64,000 bases of DNA from positions 128,001 to 192,000 of the forward strand of contig JBEQBC010000001.1 of NCBI GenBank assembly GCA_041640035.1. Reading direction: 5' to 3'. Source of the DNA: Candidatus Nanohaloarchaea archaeon. GTDB lineage: Archaea > Nanohalarchaeota > Nanosalinia > Nanosalinales > Nanosalinaceae. The stretch's first letter is position 1, and each line of letters begins with the position of its first letter. This document shows, one piece after another, positions 29,218 to 38,473 of the stretch. A model generated the notes under the pieces. The model saw only the letters and a program-made list of their open reading frames with translations. It searched no databases and was not told the origin of the DNA. A program made the position numbers and the translations under genes.

Positions 29218-30177
29218 TTATTCTATTCCAATTAAATGTTCATCTTTCTTACATGCTTTTTCGATATCCTCTTTCTCAATTACGCCCTCTCTATTAAAAA
29301 AGAATCTTCTATCTTCTTCGCTCATTTTATTAAGAGCTGAAGAAGTAATCTCTATTTCCTTGCCTTGATGACCGTTTTTGACCGTTCCTGCAGCGATTTT
29401 TAAATTAATAGAGTCATCAATCATTTGCAGCGAAAATTCTCCCAGATCCACGCTCATACTCGGAGGTAGCTCCTCATAACCTTTATTTCCTAGAAAGTAT
29501 GTTCCGTTGAGTACTTTGTCACTTAATCCGGTAAAATTTGATATGTCTGCAGCATCCTCATTCATCTTCAGTAGCAAATGTGATTTTTCTGCACCAATTT
29601 CTCCATCATTATATACACCTATAGAAATTTTGTACTCTTTCTTAGATTGCAATAAACTATTGCTTACTTCGAAGAAGGGAAGTATTTTAGGTTTTCTTCT
29701 CCTGTTGAATAGGGCCTCAACCTGTCCATGAGGTGCGGGTACGCTTCTGTTTTTCAATCGGATATAATAGGTGTTTTTAGAATGTGTGGACATGTGAGGC
29801 GGGTTTTCACTTTGAGGAACCTCTATTACAGCTGCTGATTTATCATCATAGGTCTCTATTTCGAAAATTCTGATGTTATTTTCATATGGATCAATATTAT
29901 CAGAGATTAATTGACTTATTCGTTCCGTATCCAAATTTTTTTCAAGTAAATCTAAATCTCTTGGGCTACCGTCATCGTCTTCTTCGATACCGAAAATTAT
30001 CACGCCTCCATCCGTATTGAGGAAAGCTGAGACTTCTTTGGCAAGTTTTGAATTTCCCAAAAACTCAATACTTTTGTATTCCAAATTTCCAGACTCCTTC
30101 ACATTATTATTGACTAATTTCTTCAAGTCTTCAGCGTCTAAATTTTTAGGTTTCTTCCCTAATACCTGAGTTGTCAT
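29218..30177 (-). CDS. Schlafen/AlbA_2-domain protein
   Basis: KESGNLEYKS, KEVSAFLNTDGGVIIFGIEE, PPH, YYIR; AT-rich. Confidence 0.88.
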   Translation of the reverse strand: MTTQVLGKKPKNLDAEDLKKLVNNNVKESGNLEYKSIEFLGNSKLAKEVSAFLNTDGGVIIFGIEEDDDGSPRDLDLLEKNLDTERISQLISDNIDPYENNIRIFEIETYDDKSAAVIEVPQSENPPHMSTHSKNTYYIRLKNRSVPAPHGQVEALFNRRRKPKILPFFEVSNSLLQSKKEYKISIGVYNDGEIGAEKSHLLLKMNEDAADISNFTGLSDKVLNGTYFLGNKGYEELPPSMSVDLGEFSLQMIDDSINLKIAAGTVKNGHQGKEIEITSSALNKMSEEDRRFFFNREGVIEKEDIEKACKKDEHLIGIE

Positions 30178-30265
30178 AGAAAAATTAGGTGAAATTAATG
30201 CTTATGTCTTTTACTGAAAAGGGTATCCCTCCGACTTTTAACCTTTCCAGTCTGTAATGTTTCTA

Positions 30266-30535
30266 TGGGTAGGCTGGGCGGTTCGGGGTCGCCTGTAACC
30301 CGGAAATCCTCTACATGCCGGGAGCCGAAAATCAGGGAGAGGCATCGATGAATCGTTGCCGGTCCCTGGATATATTCCTGACGATCCGTCCTCCGGGGTG
30401 CTGCCTGGTGTGAACCAGGTCAGGCCTTGACGGGAGCAGCCTTAAGCATCAGGTAGTATGTTCGGAGGGTGGCGGATCCGAGATATATCCGGGGAATCAC
30501 CGGCACGGTGCGTCGTGTCCATCCCTGAGAACCCA
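30266..30535 (+). ncRNA. ffs: Signal recognition particle RNA
   Basis: Alu domain with TGTAA between two hairpins; long helix 5; SRP54-binding motif GAACC-AGGTCAGG-CCT-TGAC-GGG-AGCAGCCT; ends pair TGGGT/ACCCA. Confidence 0.93.
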
Positions 30536-30559
30536 CTACTGTTTACACTTTGAAGTATA

Positions 30560-31204
30560 ATGATCGATATCTACGGTACCTCACATGTCTCACACGAGAG
30601 CATAGACAAAATAGAAGAAGCACTCAACGATAATGACTATGATATAGTCGCCCTGGAACTCGACCCACAGAGACTTCACGCACTACAGCAACAAGGAGAA
30701 ACCAGTTCAGAAGGCTCACCTGTATTTCTAAGACTTATAAGATACTTCCAGAAAGCTATAGGCAAACGCACAGGAGTCATGCCCGGCGAAGAAATGCTTC
30801 ACGCATACAACAAAGCATTGGATACAGGAAAAGATGTAGCACTTATCGACCAGGATATACAGTTAACTCTCGGCCGGTTAAACAGTATCAGCCGGAAGGA
30901 AAAAGTCAAAGCCGGTTTCTCCATGATAGCAGGACTATTTGTAGGCGAAAGATTCGATGTTAGCAAGATACCGGAGGAAGATCAGATCAGTCAGATGACA
31001 GAGGAACTGGAAGACGCGTTTCCCGGACTTTATCAGGTACTGATACAGGAAAGAAACGAGTACATGTATAGATCACTGAAACAGCTTCAGGAAAACAACC
31101 CTGAAAAAGATATAGCTGCGTTCGTAGGCGCAGGACACAGAAAAGCATTGGAGGATATGCTAGATGAGAGCGATCGTCAAAGTAGTCTGGAAGAACACAA
31201 GTAA
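30560..31204 (+). CDS. TraB/PrgY-domain protein
   Basis: GTSHVS, VALELD..R, PGEEM, ERN, FVGAGH. Confidence 0.88.
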   Translation: MIDIYGTSHVSHESIDKIEEALNDNDYDIVALELDPQRLHALQQQGETSSEGSPVFLRLIRYFQKAIGKRTGVMPGEEMLHAYNKALDTGKDVALIDQDIQLTLGRLNSISRKEKVKAGFSMIAGLFVGERFDVSKIPEEDQISQMTEELEDAFPGLYQVLIQERNEYMYRSLKQLQENNPEKDIAAFVGAGHRKALEDMLDESDRQSSLEEHK

Positions 31205-31913
31205 AGGCTGGAAAGCAGTTCTAAAAACAACTGACGGAACAGGTTTCGACCACCAGGGACTTGAACCTGGAAGAGAACTCAGCATGGAGATCAAAAATGA
31301 ACGCCGATGTACAGGCTACGCGCCTGAAAAAGGGGAAAGAACAGTCTGCCCGGAATTCAGAGAGATACAGAGCGGAAGCCAGTGCCCGGAATGCAGAGGA
31401 AAAGATATCTACTCAGGATATGTCAGAGGCGACCGGAACACGGATCTTGAAGGCGAATTCTCGGTTTACCTGGCACAGATAGGCAGAAAAGTAAAGGTAG
31501 GAGTCACCAGGTCGGAGAAGATCCCGAAGAGATGGATCGAACAGGGAGCGGACTACGGCGCAGAACTTGAATCAGGACTAGCTGCTTCTGAAGCACTTGA
31601 AAAAGAGCAGAATATCTCCGAGGAAAATGATATCACGGAGAGGATAAGGAAGGAGAGCAAGATTCAGGAGAAGTCGGAGCAACTTATACAGGGAGAAATT
31701 GAGGATCTGGGATATGATTCCAGTGTGGTGGATGTTCAGGAGCTGACTGTCTACGATGATATCAGTTTGCCGAGTTTGAGCCGTTCAGGTGTTCTTAGAG
31801 GCGAGATTAGATCGGTTAAAGGACAGATAATCATGACGGACAGGATAGCTATGGCGATGACGGAGGGTAAAATTATAGAGCCTCCCAGCCAGAAAGGGCT
31901 TGAAAACTTCTGA
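31164..31913 (+). CDS. DUF2797-family protein
   Basis: C.G...CP...QCPEC zinc ribbon; VYLA...KVGVT...RWIEQGA; G.I.SVKG. Confidence 0.82.
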   Translation: MRAIVKVVWKNTSKGWKAVLKTTDGTGFDHQGLEPGRELSMEIKNERRCTGYAPEKGERTVCPEFREIQSGSQCPECRGKDIYSGYVRGDRNTDLEGEFSVYLAQIGRKVKVGVTRSEKIPKRWIEQGADYGAELESGLAASEALEKEQNISEENDITERIRKESKIQEKSEQLIQGEIEDLGYDSSVVDVQELTVYDDISLPSLSRSGVLRGEIRSVKGQIIMTDRIAMAMTEGKIIEPPSQKGLENF

Positions 31914-31954
31914 AATATGCTATTTTTAATGCAAGAACTATCTATTACTGAACT

Positions 31955-32290
31955 ATGTTGAAAACAGTATTCCGTTACCTGGTATCTCTTCTTTTACTTC
32001 CACCAGCAGTAGGTGTAGGTTACCTAACGATGCAGTTCATCTTGACACCTTTAACCGGTACAGGAACACTTCTATTCCTCACTGCCACAACATTGATCTC
32101 AACAATCGGTTTTGTGCTATCGCTTCCACAGATTGAAACCATTTTCATGGAGAAACTATCGGACAGCACACAGATCTACTGGATCACGATCATCGCAGTA
32201 TTCCTTATCACGGTAGGAATGGCCTATCTAAGCGTAACATTCGTTGGAGCTGAATACACACAGTTCATGACACAGAATACAACGGGATGA
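31955..32290 (+). CDS. 3-TM membrane protein
   Basis: Hydrophobic 111-aa ORF. Confidence 0.75.
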   Translation: MLKTVFRYLVSLLLLPPAVGVGYLTMQFILTPLTGTGTLLFLTATTLISTIGFVLSLPQIETIFMEKLSDSTQIYWITIIAVFLITVGMAYLSVTFVGAEYTQFMTQNTTG

Positions 32291-32321
32291 ATTTTTATGT
32301 TACAAGTAACAAACAGTCTTT

Positions 32322-32834
32322 ATGACTGATTTCGAGAGATCGCTGGTAAACTCCTTCAACAAATACTTTGACCAGGAAGGAATGCAGGGAATAGCCCATA
32401 GAAAGAAACAGCACCGTTTTTCCAGCCAGCTATGTGATGTACTGGTCGACTCACCGCATGAAACATTTTACCTCGCGATCGAGAACAAATCAGTCAAGGA
32501 AAGTTCCACAAACAAACTTTACTTCTCTCAGCACTTCTCGGTATCTGATGGTGGCCACCAAGTCGAACGAATAACAGATTTCCTCAACCGTTCAGGCCGT
32601 ACAGGATTCCTCGCAGTAGAAATCAAAAGAGGAAGAGGAAAAAGCCGGCAAGCCTACATGGTTCCATGGAAATACCTGCTGGAAAAGTACGAGAGCGACG
32701 AAGCAGGACTGCACTTAGATGAGATCAGAAGGTTCCCGGAACTGTTCAGGGACTCCGCGGAGTACGATATCGGCGAGAACATAGCCGAGATATTTATAGA
32801 AAAGACCTATAATACCGAAACAGTGGAACAGTGA
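32322..32834 (+). CDS. PD-(D/E)xK nuclease, Holliday-junction-resolvase-like
   Basis: N-terminal FERSL, CDVLV, AIENKS, QVER..DF, GFLAVE. Confidence 0.72.
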   Translation: MTDFERSLVNSFNKYFDQEGMQGIAHRKKQHRFSSQLCDVLVDSPHETFYLAIENKSVKESSTNKLYFSQHFSVSDGGHQVERITDFLNRSGRTGFLAVEIKRGRGKSRQAYMVPWKYLLEKYESDEAGLHLDEIRRFPELFRDSAEYDIGENIAEIFIEKTYNTETVEQ

Positions 32835-33451
32835 GCGAGATAAAATCAAGCTTCCATCCATCAGCAGATGACATACAGGCATTCCTGCTATCATCAGCAC
32901 TGATATCAGCAGCCTTCATAGTATTCTACGAAAACTATACAACTGCAGCCGCACTCACAACAGTACTAGGATCCGTACTCGTACTTCTGGCTAGGGAAAC
33001 AGGTCAGAGAACCGTAGCACAATGGATGGACGCATATGTAGACCTAGAAGTATCACAGGAAGGATCAGTCACCACAGTCCTCGGAATAATAATCACAGCA
33101 CTCACAAACCTGCCTCTACTGCTTCTATTCCCGCTTCAATCAGAGTTCGAAGGCCACAAATACGAACAATGGGGTAAATCAGTTGACGCCATCTGGGCCA
33201 AAAGACAGTACTGGCTCGTATCCGGAGGAATAATAGGAATGCTAACCCTCTCCATACTCGCATTAATCGCCGGCTTCACACAGACCGCTCAGATGAGCAT
33301 CTACTTCGGAACACTACAGCTCCTTCCATTCGACTTCTGGGGAATACCAACAGGAGAACTGGACGGAGCATACATCCTGCGGTGGAGCGGCTTCACATGG
33401 CTGGCAATGATGGGAGCCAATCTCATAATTCTCGGACTCACCGTGGTCTAA
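32831..33451 (+). CDS. Membrane protein, degenerate site-2-protease (M50)-like
   Basis: Multi-TM; RETGQ at the HExxH position; QLLP...ELDG at the NLLP...LDG position. Confidence 0.65.
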   Translation: MSEIKSSFHPSADDIQAFLLSSALISAAFIVFYENYTTAAALTTVLGSVLVLLARETGQRTVAQWMDAYVDLEVSQEGSVTTVLGIIITALTNLPLLLLFPLQSEFEGHKYEQWGKSVDAIWAKRQYWLVSGGIIGMLTLSILALIAGFTQTAQMSIYFGTLQLLPFDFWGIPTGELDGAYILRWSGFTWLAMMGANLIILGLTVV

Positions 33452-33496
33452 AATCATTTACTTTAATATTCCCGCAACCGCAAAAGTTGAATTGTA

Positions 33497-34759
33497 ATGC
33501 CAAAGATCAGTGTTGGAAGAGGAGAAAGTGAACGAGAAGAACACGGACTGGACGGAACAGGAGTTATCGGAAGACATCTCGTAGGAGAAAACGAAGAAGC
33601 ACATATGGCAAACCCGATCTACTTCGATGTAGCCACTCCCCATGTCATGGGAGTATTCGGAAAAAGAGGAACCGGAAAATCCTACTCACTCGGAACACTG
33701 GCAGAAGAAATACAGGACACCAAGATATCAGACAACCTTTCTACCATCATAGTCGACCCGATGGGTATCTACTGGTCCATGAAACGGCCAAACGACCGTA
33801 TGGCAAGCGAACTCGACAACTGGGATATCAAACCCGAAGCCATGGATGTACAGGTATTCATCCCACAGGGTAAACAGAAAGAATTCGAAGAAAAAGAGAT
33901 GCCCTACGATAAGACATTCAGCTTGAAAGCAGGAGACTTCTCAACCTCAGAATGGCGGATGGCATTTGACATAGAAGCCAACGAAAAAGAAGGAATACTA
34001 CTACAGAGAGTTATATCAGAACTATCCGAAAAATTCGGATCAGAATACACACTAGACCACATAATAAAAGCACTAAGCAACTTCGACTTCGATGAAGCCA
34101 CAGTAAAATCCCTGGAAAACCGGTTCATGTCCGCAAAAGACTGGGGAGTATTCGGAAAAGAATCCTCACTCGACGAATTTACCAACCGAGGAGAACTATC
34201 AGTAATCGACCTATCAGTCTTCGGAGACATGAGCTCAGGATGGTCAGTAAGAGGACTGGTCGTCGGACTGCTGGCAAGAAAACTACTAGCAGACAGAATG
34301 GCAGCAAGAAGAATGGAGGAGCTGGACGAGATGCAGGGTATAAGCAAGAACGAGATGCCTATCGTCTGGATGCTAATCGACGAGGCACACCAGTTCCTGC
34401 CCGCAAAGGGAGAAACACCGGCCTCCAAACCACTGCTCCGATGGGTCAAGATCGGAAGAGAACCAGGAGTATCACTCGCACTCTGTACACAGCAGCCCGC
34501 AAAGCTGCATCCAAACGCATTATCACAGTGCGATATCATTCTTTCACATCGTTTAACAGCGAAACAGGATATCGAGGCGCTTGGAGAGATTATGCAGAGC
34601 TACATGCGACATGACCTGGCACATTACATCGATGCGCTTCCAGACCGTCCTGGAACCGGTATCGTGCTTGACGACAACTCGGAGAGAGTTTACCCTGTAC
34701 AGATGAGACCGCGTAAATCATGGCATGCAGGAGGAACACCGGATGCATTCGAGGACTAG
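33497..34759 (+). CDS. HerA/FtsK/VirB4-clade ATPase (DUF87)
   Basis: Walker A GKRGTGKS, IVDPMG, Walker B LIDEAH, GREPG, TQQP. Confidence 0.9.
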   Translation: MPKISVGRGESEREEHGLDGTGVIGRHLVGENEEAHMANPIYFDVATPHVMGVFGKRGTGKSYSLGTLAEEIQDTKISDNLSTIIVDPMGIYWSMKRPNDRMASELDNWDIKPEAMDVQVFIPQGKQKEFEEKEMPYDKTFSLKAGDFSTSEWRMAFDIEANEKEGILLQRVISELSEKFGSEYTLDHIIKALSNFDFDEATVKSLENRFMSAKDWGVFGKESSLDEFTNRGELSVIDLSVFGDMSSGWSVRGLVVGLLARKLLADRMAARRMEELDEMQGISKNEMPIVWMLIDEAHQFLPAKGETPASKPLLRWVKIGREPGVSLALCTQQPAKLHPNALSQCDIILSHRLTAKQDIEALGEIMQSYMRHDLAHYIDALPDRPGTGIVLDDNSERVYPVQMRPRKSWHAGGTPDAFED

Positions 34760-35273
34760 CCTAATAGAACAGTTTTTCCAGGAAGAAGTATTCAGCACAG
34801 CTATATCCATCTTTCTAGCACCTGTGCAGAACACAGATATAGTTCCAACGGTCCTACCGCTTATTCTTGGAGGACTGATAGTTGAACTCTACCTCGGAAA
34901 GTACAAGAGCGAGGATCTTGGATGGAATACAGCGGTAGGAAACGCAGTAGTCTGGTTCGCAACAGGAGTATCACTTCTCGTAACTGAAAGCCTCGAAGGA
35001 CTGGAGGTACAGGCCACTTTCTTCCTCATACTCCTCGGACTATTCGTAGGCTTCATGGACTTCTTCCATATATGGCCGGCAAGAATAGCCTTCCTTGTAT
35101 CATCATCAGGCCTGGTATACACAATCGCCTACACGATTGTCGTCATGATAAAGACGGGTATCGAGGTCAATCACTCAACTCTGATAGGCGCAGGGCTTTT
35201 CATAGCTTTGATACAGGCGGGATTCCTTTTCATCAAGTTCATAGAACAGCCAAGAGACAGTATCGGTATATGA
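34725..35273 (+). CDS. Multi-TM membrane protein of unknown function
   Basis: About 5 TMs; ELY.G....E.LGWNTAVGN motif; overlaps the ATPase end. Confidence 0.75.
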   Translation: MQEEHRMHSRTSLIEQFFQEEVFSTAISIFLAPVQNTDIVPTVLPLILGGLIVELYLGKYKSEDLGWNTAVGNAVVWFATGVSLLVTESLEGLEVQATFFLILLGLFVGFMDFFHIWPARIAFLVSSSGLVYTIAYTIVVMIKTGIEVNHSTLIGAGLFIALIQAGFLFIKFIEQPRDSIGI

Positions 35274-35328
35274 AAAAGGTCTGTGGCGGGAAACGGTTTT
35301 ATCATTTAACCTACTCAACATCTACTAG

Positions 35329-37494
35329 ATGTCCGACCTTCTGAAGACCGACAAGATAGAGCAGAGAACCTACCAGGGAGTGATAGCCGCGTCCGCGATG
35401 GACAAAAACACGCTGGTAGTCCTTCCTACAGGCCTTGGAAAAACAGTTATCGCCGCCATGGTCGCAGCGAAGAAACTGGAGGAAGGAAAAGTACTCTTCA
35501 TGGCTCCAACCAAACCACTGGTACAACAGCACTTCAAAACATTCAACGAATTCCTGCATGTCGACAGCAGCGTAATGCATATCATGACAGGAAGCACACG
35601 GCCAGCAGAAAGATACGAAAAATGGCAGAACGGCAAAGTATTCTTCGGAACACCACAAGTAGTTGAAAACGACCTGATATCCGGAGAAGTACCCACAGAA
35701 GAATTCTCACTTGTAATATTCGATGAAGCACATAGAGCAACGGGAGACTACAGCTATGTATTCATAAACGAGAAAATGAAGTCCCAGAAACTAGCCTTGA
35801 CCGCATCACCAGGAGGCTCAAAAGAGAAGATCATGGAGGTAGCGGACAACCTGGACATTGAGAACTTCGAGGTACGTACAGAAGACGATCCCGATGTAAA
35901 ACCGTTCATCGAGGACAAACAGGTTGACTGGACACATGTATCCCTGGACGATACCTTCGAGAAGGCGAGAGAACATCTTCAGAATGCATACAGAGAACAG
36001 TTGAAGAAACTGAAATCCATGGGTATGCTGGACTCGACCTCCGATGTACACAAAGGAGAACTCCTGAAACTGAGAGGAGAGATAAGCAGCAAACTATCAA
36101 CCTCGGATGACTCCAAACTTTACTCAGCAATCTCACGCGTAGCAACCGGACTAAAAATCTCCCAGGCTATCGAACTACTGGAAACACAGGGAGTAAGCCA
36201 GGCATACGACTACCTTCAGGGACTTGAAACTGATGACTCCAAGGCAGCTGGAAGAGCACTTGAAAACGAAGATGTACAGAGAGCCAAACAGTTAATCACG
36301 CATCTGAAGAAGAAAGGAGAGGAGCACCCGAAGATCGATGAGCTACTGGACATACTGGGGGACATGGATGATGAAAACGCGATAGTATTCACAGAATACC
36401 GTGCCTCCGCTCAGAACATAGCAGATGAACTAGAGACGATAGGACTCTCCGCAACCAAGTTCATCGGGCAGCAGGGCGAGGAAGGAATGAGCCAGAGCGA
36501 TCAAATCGAAACACTGGACGAGTTCGAGAACGGAAAATATGATGTACTGGTATCCACTTCAATCGGAGAAGAAGGACTAGATATACCCGCTGTCGACTAT
36601 GTGATTTTCTACGAGCCTGTCGCATCAGGTATCAGGGATATTCAGAGAGCAGGTCGAACCGGTCGACAGGAAGAAGGAAAAGTAATAGTACTAATAGCAG
36701 AGAACACTAGAGACGAAGGTAACTACTGGAGCGCATACCACAAAAAGAAGAAGATGAACAATGTACTCCAGCAGCTGAAGGAGGAGGACATCGAGAGCTC
36801 CAAACAGCAAACCTTGGAACAGAACTACGACAACGAAGAAGATGAAGAGGAGGATGAAGAGGACGGCGTTACCGTAGTGGTAGACGACCGTGAAAACTCG
36901 GTAGCCAAGGAACTCTCCCGGAAAGAAATCGAAGTCGATAAGACCCGGCTTGAGGTAGCAGACTTCATGGTCTCCGATGACACAGTCGTGGAGAGAAAGA
37001 GAACCGACGACTTCGTTGACTCGATCGTTGATAACCGATTGTTTGATCAGATAAGAGAGATCCAGCAGTTCCAGAACCCGGTACTTCTTCTGGAGGGAGA
37101 AAACCTTTACACACATAGAGATATCTCTCCCGAGGCAATTCAAGGAGCCTTAACATCTATCATTCTGGATTATGAGATGCCTATACTCTGGAGCGATGAC
37201 GAAAGCGAAACTGTACAACTGCTTCTCTCAATGGCGAAAAGAGAGCAGGAAGAAAGAAACAAGGATGTACAGGTAAGAGGTCAGAGCGAAGGTAAGACAC
37301 AGGCAGAGCTACAGGAGTTCATCGCCGCTGGTCTACCAGGCGTAAATACGAAGATTGCGGAAAGACTGTTGAAGGAGTTCGGTGATCTGGAGAAGATATT
37401 TACCGCTTCAGAAGAAGAACTTAGAAATGTGGAGGGTATAGGCGAGAAGAAAGCCGAGAAAATCCGCTCCACAGTCAAAAGACAGTACGGGTGA
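35329..37494 (+). CDS. hef: Hef helicase/ERCC4 nuclease
   Basis: LPTGLGKT, DEAH, TAS, QRAGRTGR; nuclease ADF...VERK...D; C-terminal HhH. Confidence 0.95.
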   Translation: MSDLLKTDKIEQRTYQGVIAASAMDKNTLVVLPTGLGKTVIAAMVAAKKLEEGKVLFMAPTKPLVQQHFKTFNEFLHVDSSVMHIMTGSTRPAERYEKWQNGKVFFGTPQVVENDLISGEVPTEEFSLVIFDEAHRATGDYSYVFINEKMKSQKLALTASPGGSKEKIMEVADNLDIENFEVRTEDDPDVKPFIEDKQVDWTHVSLDDTFEKAREHLQNAYREQLKKLKSMGMLDSTSDVHKGELLKLRGEISSKLSTSDDSKLYSAISRVATGLKISQAIELLETQGVSQAYDYLQGLETDDSKAAGRALENEDVQRAKQLITHLKKKGEEHPKIDELLDILGDMDDENAIVFTEYRASAQNIADELETIGLSATKFIGQQGEEGMSQSDQIETLDEFENGKYDVLVSTSIGEEGLDIPAVDYVIFYEPVASGIRDIQRAGRTGRQEEGKVIVLIAENTRDEGNYWSAYHKKKKMNNVLQQLKEEDIESSKQQTLEQNYDNEEDEEEDEEDGVTVVVDDRENSVAKELSRKEIEVDKTRLEVADFMVSDDTVVERKRTDDFVDSIVDNRLFDQIREIQQFQNPVLLLEGENLYTHRDISPEAIQGALTSIILDYEMPILWSDDESETVQLLLSMAKREQEERNKDVQVRGQSEGKTQAELQEFIAAGLPGVNTKIAERLLKEFGDLEKIFTASEEELRNVEGIGEKKAEKIRSTVKRQYG

Positions 37495-37503
37495 CCTAAA
37501 GCA

Positions 37504-38469
37504 CTGGACGCTATAATAGTCGGAATCGATCCGGGAAACACATCAGCAGTAGCAGCAGTAAACATGGAAGGCGAAATCAAGTTTCTAGACAGCTGGCGTC
37601 ACGCATCCCAAAGCAAACTTATCAGAGAAATAATAGACGAAGGCAAACCCGTGGTAGTCGCATCAGATAAAGGCAAAACTCCTTCAACCGTCGAAAAAAT
37701 AGCAAGTTCTCTCGGAGCCGAAGTATTCGAACCAGAAGAAGATGTAGACTCAGATAAAAAAGATGAACTAGGTAAAGGAGATAACTCACATGAAAAAGAC
37801 GCTTCAGCATCAGCACTTAACGCATACAACCATCTGCACAGGGAAAGAAGAAAGATACGGAAGATAGCACAGAAAAAAGATGTATCCATCGACCTAGCCG
37901 CACAGAACTACTTTTTAGACAAGCAGATAGAATCTGAACCACAGGAACAGGTTGAAGATCCGGGTACATCTAAAGAAGCAGAGACCGCTGTTGAGAAGGA
38001 TCCCGAGAAAGATGCGGAGAAAGAAAGACTGGAAAAGAAAATAGAGAACCTAGAGGAACAAAACAAAGATCTTAGACAGAAGGTTTCAATTCTTGAAGAT
38101 GAGAAAGAGAGTCTGCAGGACAAATTAGATGATCTGAGAGAAGAAAACCGTTATGAAGCGGTGAAGGATCAGGAGATATCGAAACGGGATGCAGTTATAT
38201 CAGAAAAACAGGACAGAATCAACAGTCTTGAAAAGGAGATTGAGAACTCTAACCTGAGAGAAAAACAGTACAGGAAAGCCGTCAAACATATCTTCCACGA
38301 TAACTACATCGAACTGATACCGAAGGACGGAGATGAAGCAGTATTCAAATCTGACCAATACAATATAGAAGACTTGGAGGGAGTTGAGCTTGATAAGTAC
38401 TTCCTGCTTCTTCAGAAACCTGAACCTGACATGAAAAAGGTTCTCAACGAATTCAAGGAGGAAGAATAA
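37504..38469 (+). CDS. DUF460-family protein (RNase H-like N-terminus plus coiled coil)
   Basis: IIVGIDPG motif lies upstream of the tracked ATG; GKPVVVASD, NSHEKDA..SA..AY; CTG start inferred. Confidence 0.8.
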   Translation: MDAIIVGIDPGNTSAVAAVNMEGEIKFLDSWRHASQSKLIREIIDEGKPVVVASDKGKTPSTVEKIASSLGAEVFEPEEDVDSDKKDELGKGDNSHEKDASASALNAYNHLHRERRKIRKIAQKKDVSIDLAAQNYFLDKQIESEPQEQVEDPGTSKEAETAVEKDPEKDAEKERLEKKIENLEEQNKDLRQKVSILEDEKESLQDKLDDLREENRYEAVKDQEISKRDAVISEKQDRINSLEKEIENSNLREKQYRKAVKHIFHDNYIELIPKDGDEAVFKSDQYNIEDLEGVELDKYFLLLQKPEPDMKKVLNEFKEEE

Positions 38470-38473
38470 CAGT

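Noticed and set aside
30560-31204. Conjugation gene (TraB name)
   Set aside because: The TraB/PrgY family is a common chromosomal archaeal gene unrelated to transfer machinery
37492-37494. Selenocysteine recoding of the hef TGA
   Set aside because: Hef is complete at this stop; no SECIS-like element or Cys-equivalent position is evident
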